A stretch of DNA of 32,000 bases from Pseudothioglobus sp. nBUS_23 (GTDB lineage Bacteria > Pseudomonadota > Gammaproteobacteria > PS1 > Pseudothioglobaceae), in assembly GCF_051201565.1 (NCBI RefSeq), contig NZ_CP179200.1, positions 870,001-902,000 of the forward strand, written 5' to 3'. Made by a program: the position numbers and the translations under genes. The notes below the pieces were generated by a model. That model saw only the letters and a program-made list of their open reading frames with translations, ran no database searches and was not told where the DNA came from. How positions within the stretch are numbered: position 1 is the first letter of the stretch; each line of letters begins with the position of its first letter. Shown one piece after another: positions 31,931-32,000 of this stretch.

Positions 31931-32000
31931 TTAATTTTTGTAATCGGGCTCTTCTTTATCTAATATTCTCTTGAGAGCATCAAAATGCAGTCCTGATGCA
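31931..32000 (-). CDS. 3' end of an ORF entering from the right window edge (22 codons + TAA)
   Basis: The minus-strand frame is open from the edge (...ASGLHFDALKRILDKEEPDYKN*). The stop is 18 nt upstream of the next ATG, suggesting an operon with 30677..31912. Confidence 0.3.
   Translation of the reverse strand, partial: ASGLHFDALKRILDKEEPDYKN

Noticed and set aside
1-32000. Search by eye for CRISPR arrays, rRNA, intact tRNA genes, transposases, integrases, restriction/defence-type ATPases or nucleases
   Set aside because: I saw no regularly spaced direct repeats, no rRNA-like or cloverleaf-capable segments, and no ORF with DDE, tyrosine-recombinase, helicase or nuclease motifs. I cannot exclude short dispersed repeats without a computational self-comparison.

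Overview
AT-rich bacterial chromosomal window. Rough hand counts give about 35-50% GC in most genes and about 20-33% in much of the first 3 kb. Gene content fits a Gram-negative, probably marine proteobacterium: DjlA, AcrB-type RND pump, UshA-like periplasmic 5'-nucleotidase, LysR regulator, PsuK/PsuG, several PhyH-type dioxygenases and a TIGR02450-like Trp-rich protein. There are about 50 densely packed protein-coding genes. I find no rRNA, intact tRNA, CRISPR array, transposase or integrase. Recognisable blocks: (i) 168-2903 holds six co-oriented small membrane/secreted proteins of unknown function, followed at 3041-3060 by a 20-nt fragment resembling the 3' end of a tRNA-Ala/tmRNA (possible att scar). 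(ii) A methyltransferase + PhyH dioxygenase operon and an Atm1/HMT1-type ABC exporter. (iii) An operon of a small protein, an AdoMetDC-like pyruvoyl proenzyme and an Old Yellow Enzyme. (iv) A YeiH-family transporter, an orphan AlpA-type regulator, DjlA, and Asp/Asn beta-hydroxylase-like, GGCT-like and MORN-repeat genes. (v) A pyrimidine-nucleoside salvage neighbourhood (uridine-phosphorylase-like, 5'-nucleotidase, psuK-psuG), interrupted by an adaptor-less RND permease and a CryPro/FeS-BCP-type photolyase homologue that appears to lack the Fe-S cysteines. (vi) A compact uncharacterised module of a 63-aa Cys-rich protein, a PhyH dioxygenase and a degenerate PanB-fold protein, flanked by a LysR regulator, a 49-aa CDGSH-like ORF absent from the ORF track, and a class-V PLP enzyme. 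This module is my best candidate for something undescribed. Two sequence-level signals cut across these blocks: a 19-nt palindromic promoter/operator element present twice at identical register, and five to six genes whose ATG sits 6-7 nt after a TATAAT-type hexamer with no Shine-Dalgarno (leaderless-type). All functional calls come from motif recognition by eye; no database search or computation was possible.
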